Below are positions 10,500-19,571 of a stretch of DNA of 64,000 nt, one piece after another. The translations under genes were made by a program, and so were the position numbers. The notes beneath the pieces were generated by a model. That model was not told the origin of the DNA. It saw only the letters and a list, made by a program, of their open reading frames with translations, and ran no database searches. This DNA is from Promethearchaeota archaeon (lineage in GTDB: Archaea; Asgardarchaeota; Lokiarchaeia; Sigyniarchaeales; SOKP01): positions 216,624 through 280,623 of the forward strand of contig JBHLNF010000003.1 in NCBI GenBank assembly GCA_048937405.1, given 5' to 3'. Within the stretch, counting starts at the first letter, position 1; each line of letters begins with the position of its first letter.

Positions 10500-13262
10500 A
10501 TGACTGAATCTAATAAAAAGGCAGCTGGAGATAAAATCAAGGGAACTTCTTCAATTGAATTACTTAAAAAAGTAAATTCTGCAGCTAATTATTGTTATAA
10601 TTGTAATCGATGTAATAATGTATGCCCCACTGCCTTTCTTGACATCTTTTACCCTCGTAGTTTAATTACTGATTTAATTTATCTAACCCCCGAAGAAGCT
10701 CTGCAAAATAATGATATTTGGAAATGTCTTACTTGTGGCTTATGTTCAATTTATTGTCCAATGACTAAAGAAAACACTGGAGTAAATTTTACGCAAATTA
10801 TTAGGGATCTTCGGTCTCTTGTTTCAGATTATAAACCATTACAAGATGGATTGTTAAGTTGTAATCACGAGAGAGTATACTCAAGTCTGCCAAAATTAAT
10901 GGCTGAAGACAAAATTAAATTTACTAATAAGACTGGTTTCATTGATGGAACAGGATTAAAAATAACAGATAAAGGAGATATTGGTTATTTCATGGGATGT
11001 ATTCCCTTTTTGACAGGAGCAGCTCCGTGCGTTATTGGATGTCCTGCGGGAGTAGATGTCCAAGGATATGTATCACTTATTTCAGAAGGTAAGTTCCAAG
11101 AGGCTCTCGATCTTATTAGAGAAACTAATCCATTACCATATTTATGTGGGAGAATTTGTACTGCTCAATGTGCTTTAAATTGTAACCGTCAACATTTTGA
11201 TGATCCTGTAGCTATACGCGAACTTAAAAGGTTTGTTTGTGATTGGGAAAGAGATCACCCTAACCAGAGTAGAATTAAACCAGTTCCACAAACTAAAGAG
11301 AGGGTTGCCATTATTGGAGCTGGACCGGGGGGATTATCAGCAGCATATTTCCTTGCAAGAATGGGATATAAACCTACGATTTTCGAGAAAGGAGATAAAG
11401 TTGGAGGTGTAGTAAGATATGGTGTCCCACAGTATAGACTTTCTGATGAAGCACTTGACCAAGATGTTGAATTCATAAAAAGTATGGGTGTAGAAATTGT
11501 TTTAAATAAAGAATTTGGTCCCAATTTCACCCTAGAAGATATTTGGAAAGATGGATATAAAGCAGTCTTCATTGCTGTAGGTTTATACGTACCAAAGACT
11601 CTAAGACTCGAAGGGGAAGACTTACCTAATGTAGATGTTGCAATTGATTTTCTATTAGAACGAAAATATAAATGTTCTGAAAATCCAGAGGAATTTAAAG
11701 GTAAAACTTTTGGTATTATTGGAGGAGGTGCTGTTGCTGTAGATGTTGCTGAGACAGTAGTTCGACTCGGAGCTGTTAAAGCTAATTTGGTTGACATATT
11801 AAGTGAAGAAGCTCTTAAAAATGTACTTAAAGATTTACACGAAGCTGAAAGAGAAGTAATTGAATATCATTTTGAAACATCAACAGCTAAAATTTCAAAA
11901 GAACCTAATGGTAAATTAGCTTTAAATTGTTATAAGATTAAATGGGGAGATCTCGACCGTAAAACTGGAAGACGATCCCTGAATAAAATTGATGGTTCAG
12001 AATATAAAATTATTGTTGACCATATTGTAATAGCAATCGGGCAAGGACTTAATTCAGAACCACTTCTAGTTGCTACTGATAATAAGTTAAAGATTGATAG
12101 AGGCAAACTTATCGTTGATAATCTAACATATGAAACAGGTATTCCTGGAGTCTTTGCGGGGGGAGATATTATAAATAATTCATTAATGTGTGCAGTTGAT
12201 GCTATAGGAGATGGAAGAGAAGCGGCTTTTTCGATAGATAGATATCTCCGCGGATTTGATTTAAAAGAAGGAAGAATTAGAAAGAATGATCTAAAACGGT
12301 CTACTATACCTAAAAAATATATTCAAGTTCAATCTTGCCAAGATATGAATTTTATGCCTGGTTCTGAGAGATTGGTCTGTTTTGACGAAATTGAGTTAGG
12401 ATTTACAGAAGAACAAGCGAAAAAGGAAGCTAATCGATGTTTGAATTGTAATTGTTGCTGTAATTCTGACCAAATACCAGAGGATTTTGAAAAATCACTT
12501 AATTCTTCTGGAATAATGATATGTGATTATGGAAGTCAAACTAATTGGAGATCTTTAAATGCTCCTGATTATTTAGAAATTCCAAGAAGTATAATTGGAA
12601 TATTAAATCAAAATGATATTGTTCCAGTTGTTTTATCTGAAGAAAAATGTTGTGGACATGATCTTCTTTGGAGGGGAGATACTGAGAGTTTTAGAAAATT
12701 AGCGGAATATAATGTTAAACTCTTTAAAGATGCAGGAGTAAAGACCCTAATTTTTAGTTGCGCTGAAGGATATTATACCTGGAAATTTGAATATAAAAAA
12801 TTATTTAAAAATAGCGATGATTTCGATTTTAAAATTTATCACATAACAGAATATATTTTAAAGGAGAATTTGCTTGAAAATATCACATTTCCTAACTATG
12901 ATAATATTAAAATAACCTACCACGATCCTTGTAGACTAGGCAGAATGAGTAATGTATTTGATGCTCCACGTGAAGTATTAAAACTTATACCCTATGTAGA
13001 GATAGTTGAAATGGAGGATTCAAAGCAAGATGCTGAATGTTGTGGTGTTTCAGCTTATATTTCATGTAATCAGGATTCGAAAAAATTACAGGAGAAAAAG
13101 ATAAACCAAGCAATTGAGACTGGAGCAGAATACCTTATTTCCTCATGCCCAAAATGTATTGCCCATTTAAATTGTTATTTAAATGAAAATAGAGAATTAA
13201 AAGATAAAATAAAGGTTATAGATCTAGTAAGTTTTCTTGGAAAACAACTTTTTTTGATTTAA
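10500..13262 (+). CDS. Multidomain Fe-S flavoprotein: HdrC-like 2x[4Fe-4S] + GltD/NfnB-like NAD(P)H-FAD oxidoreductase + HdrB-like double CCG domain
   Basis: CYNCNRCNNVCP and CLTCGLCSIYCP (HdrC-like). GltD-type N-domain NPLPYLCGRICTAQCALNC. Dinucleotide folds VAIIGAGPGGLSAAYFLA and FGIIGGGAVAVDVA, plus GVFAGGDI. C-terminal CCG signatures EKCCGHD, HDPCRLGR, ECCGVSAY, SSCPKC. Confidence 0.65.
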   Translation: MTESNKKAAGDKIKGTSSIELLKKVNSAANYCYNCNRCNNVCPTAFLDIFYPRSLITDLIYLTPEEALQNNDIWKCLTCGLCSIYCPMTKENTGVNFTQIIRDLRSLVSDYKPLQDGLLSCNHERVYSSLPKLMAEDKIKFTNKTGFIDGTGLKITDKGDIGYFMGCIPFLTGAAPCVIGCPAGVDVQGYVSLISEGKFQEALDLIRETNPLPYLCGRICTAQCALNCNRQHFDDPVAIRELKRFVCDWERDHPNQSRIKPVPQTKERVAIIGAGPGGLSAAYFLARMGYKPTIFEKGDKVGGVVRYGVPQYRLSDEALDQDVEFIKSMGVEIVLNKEFGPNFTLEDIWKDGYKAVFIAVGLYVPKTLRLEGEDLPNVDVAIDFLLERKYKCSENPEEFKGKTFGIIGGGAVAVDVAETVVRLGAVKANLVDILSEEALKNVLKDLHEAEREVIEYHFETSTAKISKEPNGKLALNCYKIKWGDLDRKTGRRSLNKIDGSEYKIIVDHIVIAIGQGLNSEPLLVATDNKLKIDRGKLIVDNLTYETGIPGVFAGGDIINNSLMCAVDAIGDGREAAFSIDRYLRGFDLKEGRIRKNDLKRSTIPKKYIQVQSCQDMNFMPGSERLVCFDEIELGFTEEQAKKEANRCLNCNCCCNSDQIPEDFEKSLNSSGIMICDYGSQTNWRSLNAPDYLEIPRSIIGILNQNDIVPVVLSEEKCCGHDLLWRGDTESFRKLAEYNVKLFKDAGVKTLIFSCAEGYYTWKFEYKKLFKNSDDFDFKIYHITEYILKENLLENITFPNYDNIKITYHDPCRLGRMSNVFDAPREVLKLIPYVEIVEMEDSKQDAECCGVSAYISCNQDSKKLQEKKINQAIETGAEYLISSCPKCIAHLNCYLNENRELKDKIKVIDLVSFLGKQLFLI

Positions 13263-13499
13263 AATTATTTAAAATCTTATTTATTAAACAGATTTGAATA
13301 GAAATCTGTTTTATTTTAATAATTAACAAATATGTCAATATCTCTAGTTTATTCTTAATTCAAATAGATAAATCTACAGATTGACAATTTTAAAAATAGA
13401 GATTTTTAAGATTAACAAGTAACCTTTAAAATTTTGCTAATTTATTTTAAATATCTACAATCTATTTAAAATATAAATATACAACTAGTTGTGAAAAAC

Positions 13500-15425
13500 A
13501 TGAGTAAAACTAAGGATATACCTGTTCCGGATAAAGTTTCAGGTTTTACACAGGTCAGACTTGATGTAAATCTAACAGATGGAAAGATTAGTAAATCAAC
13601 ACTTTCTAATGAATTCTGTCGTGACTGGATTGGAGGTTATGGTTTTGGTGCTAAAGTACTTTGGGATGAATGTCCTGCTGGAGTTGATCCATTAAGCCCA
13701 GAAAATGTTTTTGTCTACGCTCATGGACCATTTCCAGGTACAATATTACCTACATCAAGTAAATATGGGGTATTTGCTAAATCTCCATTAACTGGTATGT
13801 TTGGAATGGCTATATCTTCAGGATCGGTTGGTGCTCAAGCCCGACGTGCTGGTATCAATATGATTGTTGTTAAAGGTAAGGCTCCAGAACCTGTGTATAT
13901 GGTTGTTGATGATGATGATTATTATTTAGTAAAATGCAAAGATTCCGTGTGGGGAAAGGGTTGCTGGGAAACAGAAGAACTTTTGAGAGAGGAATTCCAA
14001 GATCATCGTCTTGGAATAATGACTATTGGTCCAGGAGGCGAACGTGGAAGTTATATGGGATGTATAACAAATGATCGAAATAGACAAGCAGGGAGGACAG
14101 GTATGGGTGCTGTTATGGGATCAAAAAATCTAAAAGCAATATGCTTCAGAGGTACCAAGGGAATTAGTGTTGCTAATCCTGTCGAATTCTATAAATTAGC
14201 AAAGAAATTAATAAAAGTAGCAAATGGTCCTGCTACGGCTAAATATCGAGATTTAGGTACACCTGCAGGGATAACCAGTTATAATAAACTTGGAATGATG
14301 CCAACTTTCAACCATCGTGAGGGTACATGGGATAAGGTAGATGATGGAACTTTTACTGGTGATACATTAAACCAAGATTGGGTTGTAAAGAAGGTTGCTT
14401 GCTCGCAATGTTCAATAGGATGTGATCATATTACAAAAATACCTAAAGATCATCCTCATTGGCCTAATCTCTATTCTAGTATTGATCAAGAATTATGCTA
14501 TAGCTTTGGATCTGCTTGTGGAAATTATGATTGGCCATCTGTATTTAAATGTGTTTCATTAACAGATGATTTGGGTATTGACGCTATAAGCGGAGGTGTT
14601 ACAGCTGCTATGGCTTGTGAGTGTTATGAAGAAGGAATTATAACTAAAGAAGATTTAGGTTATGAATTACCTTTTGGATCAACTGTTAATCTCGTAAGAT
14701 TCACTGAAGAGATGATTCTTGGTAAAGGATTTGCAGGGAAGGTTTTTGGAGATGGTACAAGAGAAGCAGGAAAGCGATTAGAAGAAATGGGCAGAAAAAA
14801 TGCAAGTTATTATGGTATGCATATTAAGGGATTAGAAATACCTGCATTTGATGTACATGGTATGAATTCTTTTGCTGTTGGAATGAGTGTTTCTATTCGT
14901 GGTGCATGTCATTTACGGAATGGCTCATATGGTCTCGATGCTAAAGGAAATTTCGACAGATTTGGGTATGATAAACCACTTGAGAGAGGAAAAGCAATAA
15001 AAGATCTAGAAGATATATACGCTATAATTGATTCATATATCGTATGTAAATTTACTCGAGGTATCTATGAAAATGATGCTGAAATGGCAAAAGTGTTTGA
15101 ATTAGTAACAGGAATTCCAGTAACAGATAAATTTATACAACATAGAGGAGATGCCATTTTAAATCTTTCAAAGTGTTTTAACATCCGAGAAGGATGGACG
15201 AGAGATGATGATAGACCTCCTGAACGATTCTTCAAGCAACCACACACAAAAGGTCCAGCCAAGGGTGTTACCTTAAAGGAAGATGGTTATCAGAAATTAT
15301 TAAGTGGTTATTATGAAGCTCGAGGTTGGGATACTAAAACTGGAATTCCAACTGATGAAACATTGAAATCACTTGGATTAGATTTTGTAATTGGTAAATT
15401 AAAGCCCGCTGGAGGTAAGAAGTAA
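13500..15425 (+). CDS. aor: Tungsten-containing aldehyde:ferredoxin oxidoreductase (AOR family)
   Basis: AOR-type N-terminus (VRLDVNLTDGKI..DWIGGYGFGAKVLWDE). Fe-S/pterin region KKVACSQCSIGCDH. ~640 aa. The ORF track starts at GTG 13491; ATG 13500 is equally possible. Confidence 0.85.
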   Translation: MSKTKDIPVPDKVSGFTQVRLDVNLTDGKISKSTLSNEFCRDWIGGYGFGAKVLWDECPAGVDPLSPENVFVYAHGPFPGTILPTSSKYGVFAKSPLTGMFGMAISSGSVGAQARRAGINMIVVKGKAPEPVYMVVDDDDYYLVKCKDSVWGKGCWETEELLREEFQDHRLGIMTIGPGGERGSYMGCITNDRNRQAGRTGMGAVMGSKNLKAICFRGTKGISVANPVEFYKLAKKLIKVANGPATAKYRDLGTPAGITSYNKLGMMPTFNHREGTWDKVDDGTFTGDTLNQDWVVKKVACSQCSIGCDHITKIPKDHPHWPNLYSSIDQELCYSFGSACGNYDWPSVFKCVSLTDDLGIDAISGGVTAAMACECYEEGIITKEDLGYELPFGSTVNLVRFTEEMILGKGFAGKVFGDGTREAGKRLEEMGRKNASYYGMHIKGLEIPAFDVHGMNSFAVGMSVSIRGACHLRNGSYGLDAKGNFDRFGYDKPLERGKAIKDLEDIYAIIDSYIVCKFTRGIYENDAEMAKVFELVTGIPVTDKFIQHRGDAILNLSKCFNIREGWTRDDDRPPERFFKQPHTKGPAKGVTLKEDGYQKLLSGYYEARGWDTKTGIPTDETLKSLGLDFVIGKLKPAGGKK

Positions 15426-15980
15426 ATGTCAAAAGCCACAAAAAAGAGAGGCGGAGTAGTTCACCAATTCATTATAGTTGATCCAAACTTATGTACAGGA
15501 TGCGAAACCTGTGAATCAGTTTGTTCATTTGTTCATGATGGAGAATTCAATCCAATAAACACTAGAATTCATAGAGTCAGAATCGAACCCATTTTAAACG
15601 TTGCCTTAGCCTGCCAGAAATGTGATGATGCTCCATGTGTTCGTAGTTGTCCCGAAAAAGCCTTAGAACAAGATAAAAAAACAGGTTCAATTATCGTCGA
15701 TGATGATAAGTGCAATGGTTGCGCTTTTTGTATCCGCGCATGCGATTTTGGTGTTTTGAGTTTACATATTCAATCTCAAAAAGCTTTAATTTGCGATCTT
15801 TGTGAAACTATGAAGGAGGATTATATTGATCCCGAAAGGGGTGAAAAGTACCCAGCTTGCATTGATGTTTGTCCAAAGGAAGCAATCTCATTAAAAGATG
15901 TAGAACAAATAGGGGAAGAAAAGCGTATTGATGCTGTAAAGAGATTGTTCGGGGAGATATTAGAAGAAACTAAAGCGTAA
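15426..15980 (+). CDS. 4Fe-4S dicluster ferredoxin-type subunit, translationally abutting AOR
   Basis: CTGCETCESVC, CQKCDDAPCVRSCP, CNGCAFCIRAC, C..CIDVCP. The ATG directly follows the AOR stop (TAAATG at 15423-15428). Confidence 0.7.
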   Translation: MSKATKKRGGVVHQFIIVDPNLCTGCETCESVCSFVHDGEFNPINTRIHRVRIEPILNVALACQKCDDAPCVRSCPEKALEQDKKTGSIIVDDDKCNGCAFCIRACDFGVLSLHIQSQKALICDLCETMKEDYIDPERGEKYPACIDVCPKEAISLKDVEQIGEEKRIDAVKRLFGEILEETKA

Positions 15981-16098
15981 AACAAACTTTTTTTAAATAT
16001 CTTTTATTTTTTATTCTAATTTTTTGGATTTCAATTAAAAATTAATAATTATTACTTTTTTATGAAAGACTAAATATTTTTCAACTAAGATTATAATT

Positions 16099-16566
16099 AT
16101 GTACTCCCTAAGAAAAGCTAATTTCAATGATATTGATAAACTAATAAAGTTTCGTATTGAATTCTTAAAAGAAACTCAAGAGGCACCTAATGATGAGGAA
16201 ATGCAAATATTCAGAAAAACTCTCAAAGATTATTTTTTAGATAAAATGAAATCCAATGAGTTTATTGCTTGGTTGGCTGAATCTGATAAAAAAATCATCG
16301 CAACAAGTGGTTTATCTTTTTTACAGAGACCCCCTCATTTTGTCAATAAAATTGGAAAATTTGCTTATATTATGAATATGTATACCAGACCTAATTGGCG
16401 TAGAAAAGGAATTGGTTCAGCATTAATTGAGAAATTAATTGAAGAAATAAAGAAAAAAGGAATACAATCAGTAGTATTACATGCAACTCCCTCTGGAAGA
16501 CCATTATATGAAAAGTACGGTTTTAGAGAGAATGATGGTGATAAAGAAATGATATTAAAATTATAA
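16099..16566 (+). CDS. GNAT family N-acetyltransferase
   Basis: Acetyl-CoA motif A RRKGIGSALIEKLIEE. C-terminal LYEKYGF. Confidence 0.75.
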   Translation: MYSLRKANFNDIDKLIKFRIEFLKETQEAPNDEEMQIFRKTLKDYFLDKMKSNEFIAWLAESDKKIIATSGLSFLQRPPHFVNKIGKFAYIMNMYTRPNWRRKGIGSALIEKLIEEIKKKGIQSVVLHATPSGRPLYEKYGFRENDGDKEMILKL

Positions 16567-16922
16567 ATAATAATTAGGTTTAATCTTATCAATCATAATC
16601 AAAAAAACATTAATTAGTAACTTATGCATTTTAAGAAGAAAATTGATCAAAATTGATGCAATTTCAGAACTAATTGCACGGAAATGATAATATTATAACT
16701 CGTTTTTAACGATATTCGTCTATTCTAATTTTGTAAGTCTTTTAGGTATAATAATTACTATAAACTCATTAAACTTCAATGATAGGGAAATTACATGTCA
16801 TAATAATTTAATTTTAATAATATAGACTATTTATTTTATCATTAGAATTTCTGGGATTAGTATTAAAGACTAATCTAAGAGATTATCGATCTTTAAAATT
16901 TAGGAGGTTAAACTAACTAAAG

Positions 16923-18908
16923 GTGAATTATTTGTCTGATAAACAGACCAATGATAATAATAGCGAAGTTCAGCAAAGAATAGGTGTGTTTGTTTGCCAT
17001 TGAGGCGTCAATATCGCAGGAATTCTAGATATTCCTAAGATCGTCGAGGAAATAAATAAATTAGATAATGTTTGGGCCTATCCGTATTTATCATTATGTA
17101 CTGAAGGTGGATCTAGTGAAATTAAAGAAAAACATGAAGAAGTTAAATTTAATAGGGTCTTAGTTGCAGCTTGTACCCCAAAAACTCATCAACCAGTTTT
17201 TCATGCAATATTAAAAGAGATGGGATTACCTCCAAGATATTTAGAATTCGTAAACATTCGAGAACATTGTTCATTCGTACACCAAGCTCCAGAAGTGCGT
17301 GAAAAGGCTACTCTAAAAGCCATTGAATTAATCAAAGCTGGTATCGCTAGAGCAAAATTATTGGAAGATGTACCTACTAAAACTGTCCCAGTAGAACCAA
17401 CAGCTCTAGTGGTAGGAGGAGGAATTTCAGGTTTATCTGCTGCTATTGATCTAGGTGATGCTGGGTACAAAGTCTACTTAATTGAAAAAAATACAACCAT
17501 AGGTGGTCGCATGTCTCAGCTTGACAGAACATTCCCGACAGATGATTGTTCTATATGAATTTTGGGACCAAGAATGCTTGAAGCTAATCGTCATCCAAAC
17601 ATTGAAATCTTATCTTTTAGTGAAGTAGATAAAATAGATGGATATATCGGAAATTTCCAAGTAAATGTCAGAAGAAAAGCTCGATTTGTTCTTGAAGATA
17701 AATGCACAGGTTGTGGTACATGTACAGATGTATGCCCCGTTTATATAAGTAATTATTTTGATGAACATCTATCAGCAAGAAAAGTTATTGATATTGCATT
17801 TGCTCAAGCTGTACCTGCAATATCACAACTCGAAAGAGACGCATGCATTGAATGTTTTGCCTGTGTTGATGCCTGTGAACAATCAGCTATAGATTTTAGC
17901 CAGCAAGATGAGATCGTTGAACTTAAAGTTGGTACGATAGTAGTAGCGACTGGTTGGGATCTTTACAAAGGAGATGACTATGGTTATGGTACTTATGACA
18001 ATATAATTAATCAAATAGAATTAGAGAGGATTCTTGCTCCAAATGGACCAACATATGGCCATTTGAAACGACCTTCTGATGGTAAACGTCCTTCAAAAGT
18101 GCTCTTCATTAATTGTGTTGGATCAAGAGATATCAATAAAAATGCTCATTGTAGTGTTATTTGTTGTAATCTCTCACTAAAAAATTCTAAACTTATCAAA
18201 TCAGAGTATCCAGATTCACAAATCGTTTGTTGTTATATAGATATGAGATGTGCTGGAAAAGATTATGAAGAATACTATAGGAGATCTCGGGATGCAGGAA
18301 TAATTTTTGTTAAAGGATTGGTTGGAAAAATTGAAGAAGATCCATTAACTAAAAACCTTATAGTACAGTTTGAGCCAGTTGGAACAGATTCTGTAGTTAC
18401 TATGGAATTCCATATGGTAGTGTTGTCATCTGCTTCACTTCCATCTCAAGGTACAGTTGAAATTGCTAAAGTACTAAATATGGAAAAAAGTCCTGATGGA
18501 TTTTTAAAAGAATATCACGCTCGACTTGATCCAATTAGTACAAAAGTACCTGGAATATATATCTGTGGTTCTGCTCAAGGTCAGAAGGAAATTGATAAGG
18601 CAGTAAGTCAAGCGAGAGGAGCTGCATCTGTGGCAGGCATTCCAATGGGAAAAGGAGAATATACTATGGAATTAATTCGAGCTACTCCTTCGGATGAAAG
18701 ATGCGCAAAATGTTATAAATGCATAGAAGCATGCCCATATACAGCGATTTCTGTAAATGAAGAAGGTAATATCGTTGTTAACCTAATAAACTGTCGAGGC
18801 TGTGGAACTTGTGCATCTTTATGTCCATCGAAAGCAATTGAGTTAACTTACTATAGAGATGATCAATATATGGCATTAGTAGATGAATTACTGCCTATAG
18901 AGGAATAG
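16923..18908 (+). CDS. hdrA: Heterodisulfide reductase subunit A, selenoprotein (two in-frame UGA = Sec)
   Basis: My translation. The frame is open from GTG 16923 (AGGAGG at 16903-16908; in-frame TAA at 16914) to TAG 18906, except TGA 17001-17003 and TGA 17556-17558. Reads RIGVFVCH-U-GVNIAG and TFPTDDCSI-U-ILGPRM, both at Cys positions of conserved HdrA motifs. Also VVGGGISGLSAAIDL, NCVGSRD..HCSVICC and ferredoxin motifs CTGCGTCTDVCP and CRGCGTCASLCP. The ORF track shows only fragments 17220..17558 and 17562..18908. Confidence 0.8.
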
Positions 18909-18921
18909 AGAGGTAAAGAAA

Positions 18922-19386
18922 ATGACAAAAGAAAATGATAATGAAATCAAAATTATTGTGTTTGCTTGCTGGAAATGAGGATACGGTTCAGCTGATATGG
19001 CAGGTACTATTCGAGCCCAATATCCAGACTCGATTAGAAATGTTTTAGTACCTTGCTCAGGACGTGTAGGACCAGATTTAATTATGAGAGCATTTGGAAG
19101 AGGTGCCGATGGTGTAGTAATTAACGCTTGATATCCTGGTGAATGCGATTATGAGACTGGTAATTATCACGCATATCGACAAGTTGAATATATTAAAGAA
19201 ATACTAGAAGTAATTGGAATGAGTCCAGATAGATTAAAGATAATCTACTGTACCGCTGCTGAAGGTCAGAAATTTCAAAATGAAGCAATAGAAATTGATA
19301 AAACAATACGTAAATTAGGAATAAATCCTCTTCGTACGAAAAGCACACCTAAAAAAGAAAAAACTAAAGCTAAAGCAAAAGCTTGA
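18922..19386 (+). CDS. mvhD: MvhD/VhuD (FlpD-type) hydrogenase delta subunit-like protein, selenoprotein (two in-frame UGA = Sec)
   Basis: My translation from ATG 18922 (GAGGT 7 nt upstream): MTKENDNEIKIIVFACWK-U-GYGSADMAG..VPCSGRV..GADGVVINA-U-YPGECDYETGNYHA. TGA at 18976-18978 and 19129-19131 falls at Cys positions of the MvhD family. Terminal TGA at 19384-19386. Absent from the ORF track. Confidence 0.75.
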
Positions 19387-19400
19387 GTTATTAAATGTGT

Positions 19401-19446
19401 TTACTGATGAGATTGAGTTAAAAAAATGAGAACTCAGTTGAGGTAA
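19401..19446 (+). promoter_or_regulatory. Candidate SECIS element (kink-turn hairpin, AUGA..A-rich loop..GA) in the mvhD 3' UTR
   Basis: Hand fold. Helix I 19401-19405 (UUACU) pairs with 19442-19446 (GGUAA). 3-nt bulge at 19406-19408. Tandem sheared G19409.A19441 and A19410.G19440. 9-bp helix II 19411-19419 with 19431-19439. 11-nt apical loop AAAAAAAUGAG. Confidence 0.45.
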
Positions 19447-19571
19447 TGGATGCACCATATAACACATAAAAAAGTTTAATTATATTTAATAAAAATTTTA
19501 AAAATTGAATCAAAAATTTGGGAAATTTAAGAAAAAATAATTGGTTAATTAATAGTTAGAGTTGGAAATAC

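Noticed and set aside
11255-11797. 180-aa minus-strand ORF. Similar nested or antisense ORFs occur at 1170..1361, 2275..2484, 3861..4094, 5114..5332, 6480..6710, 7179..7388, 9204..9485, 15065..15262, 17201..17470, 24304..24516, 35000..35251, 36025..36426, 44230..44565, 49320..49574, 50121..50450, 51684..51932, 54605..54838, 56273..56560, 57611..57838, 57971..58210, 60021..60218 and 62636..62947.
   Set aside because: All lie inside longer ORFs that have clear family motifs on the other strand or frame. Their translations are low-complexity and motif-free.
16684-16716. ATGA followed by a hairpin (AATATT..GATATT) upstream of hdrA, considered as a 5' SECIS.
   Set aside because: There is no GA on the 3' side to form the sheared-pair core. 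The stem is AT-only and short.
19384-19386. Possible third Sec codon at the end of mvhD.
   Set aside because: Read-through would add only VIKCVY before tandem TGA TGA. The MvhD-homologous sequence has already ended in a Lys/Ala-rich tail, so this TGA is taken as the true stop.
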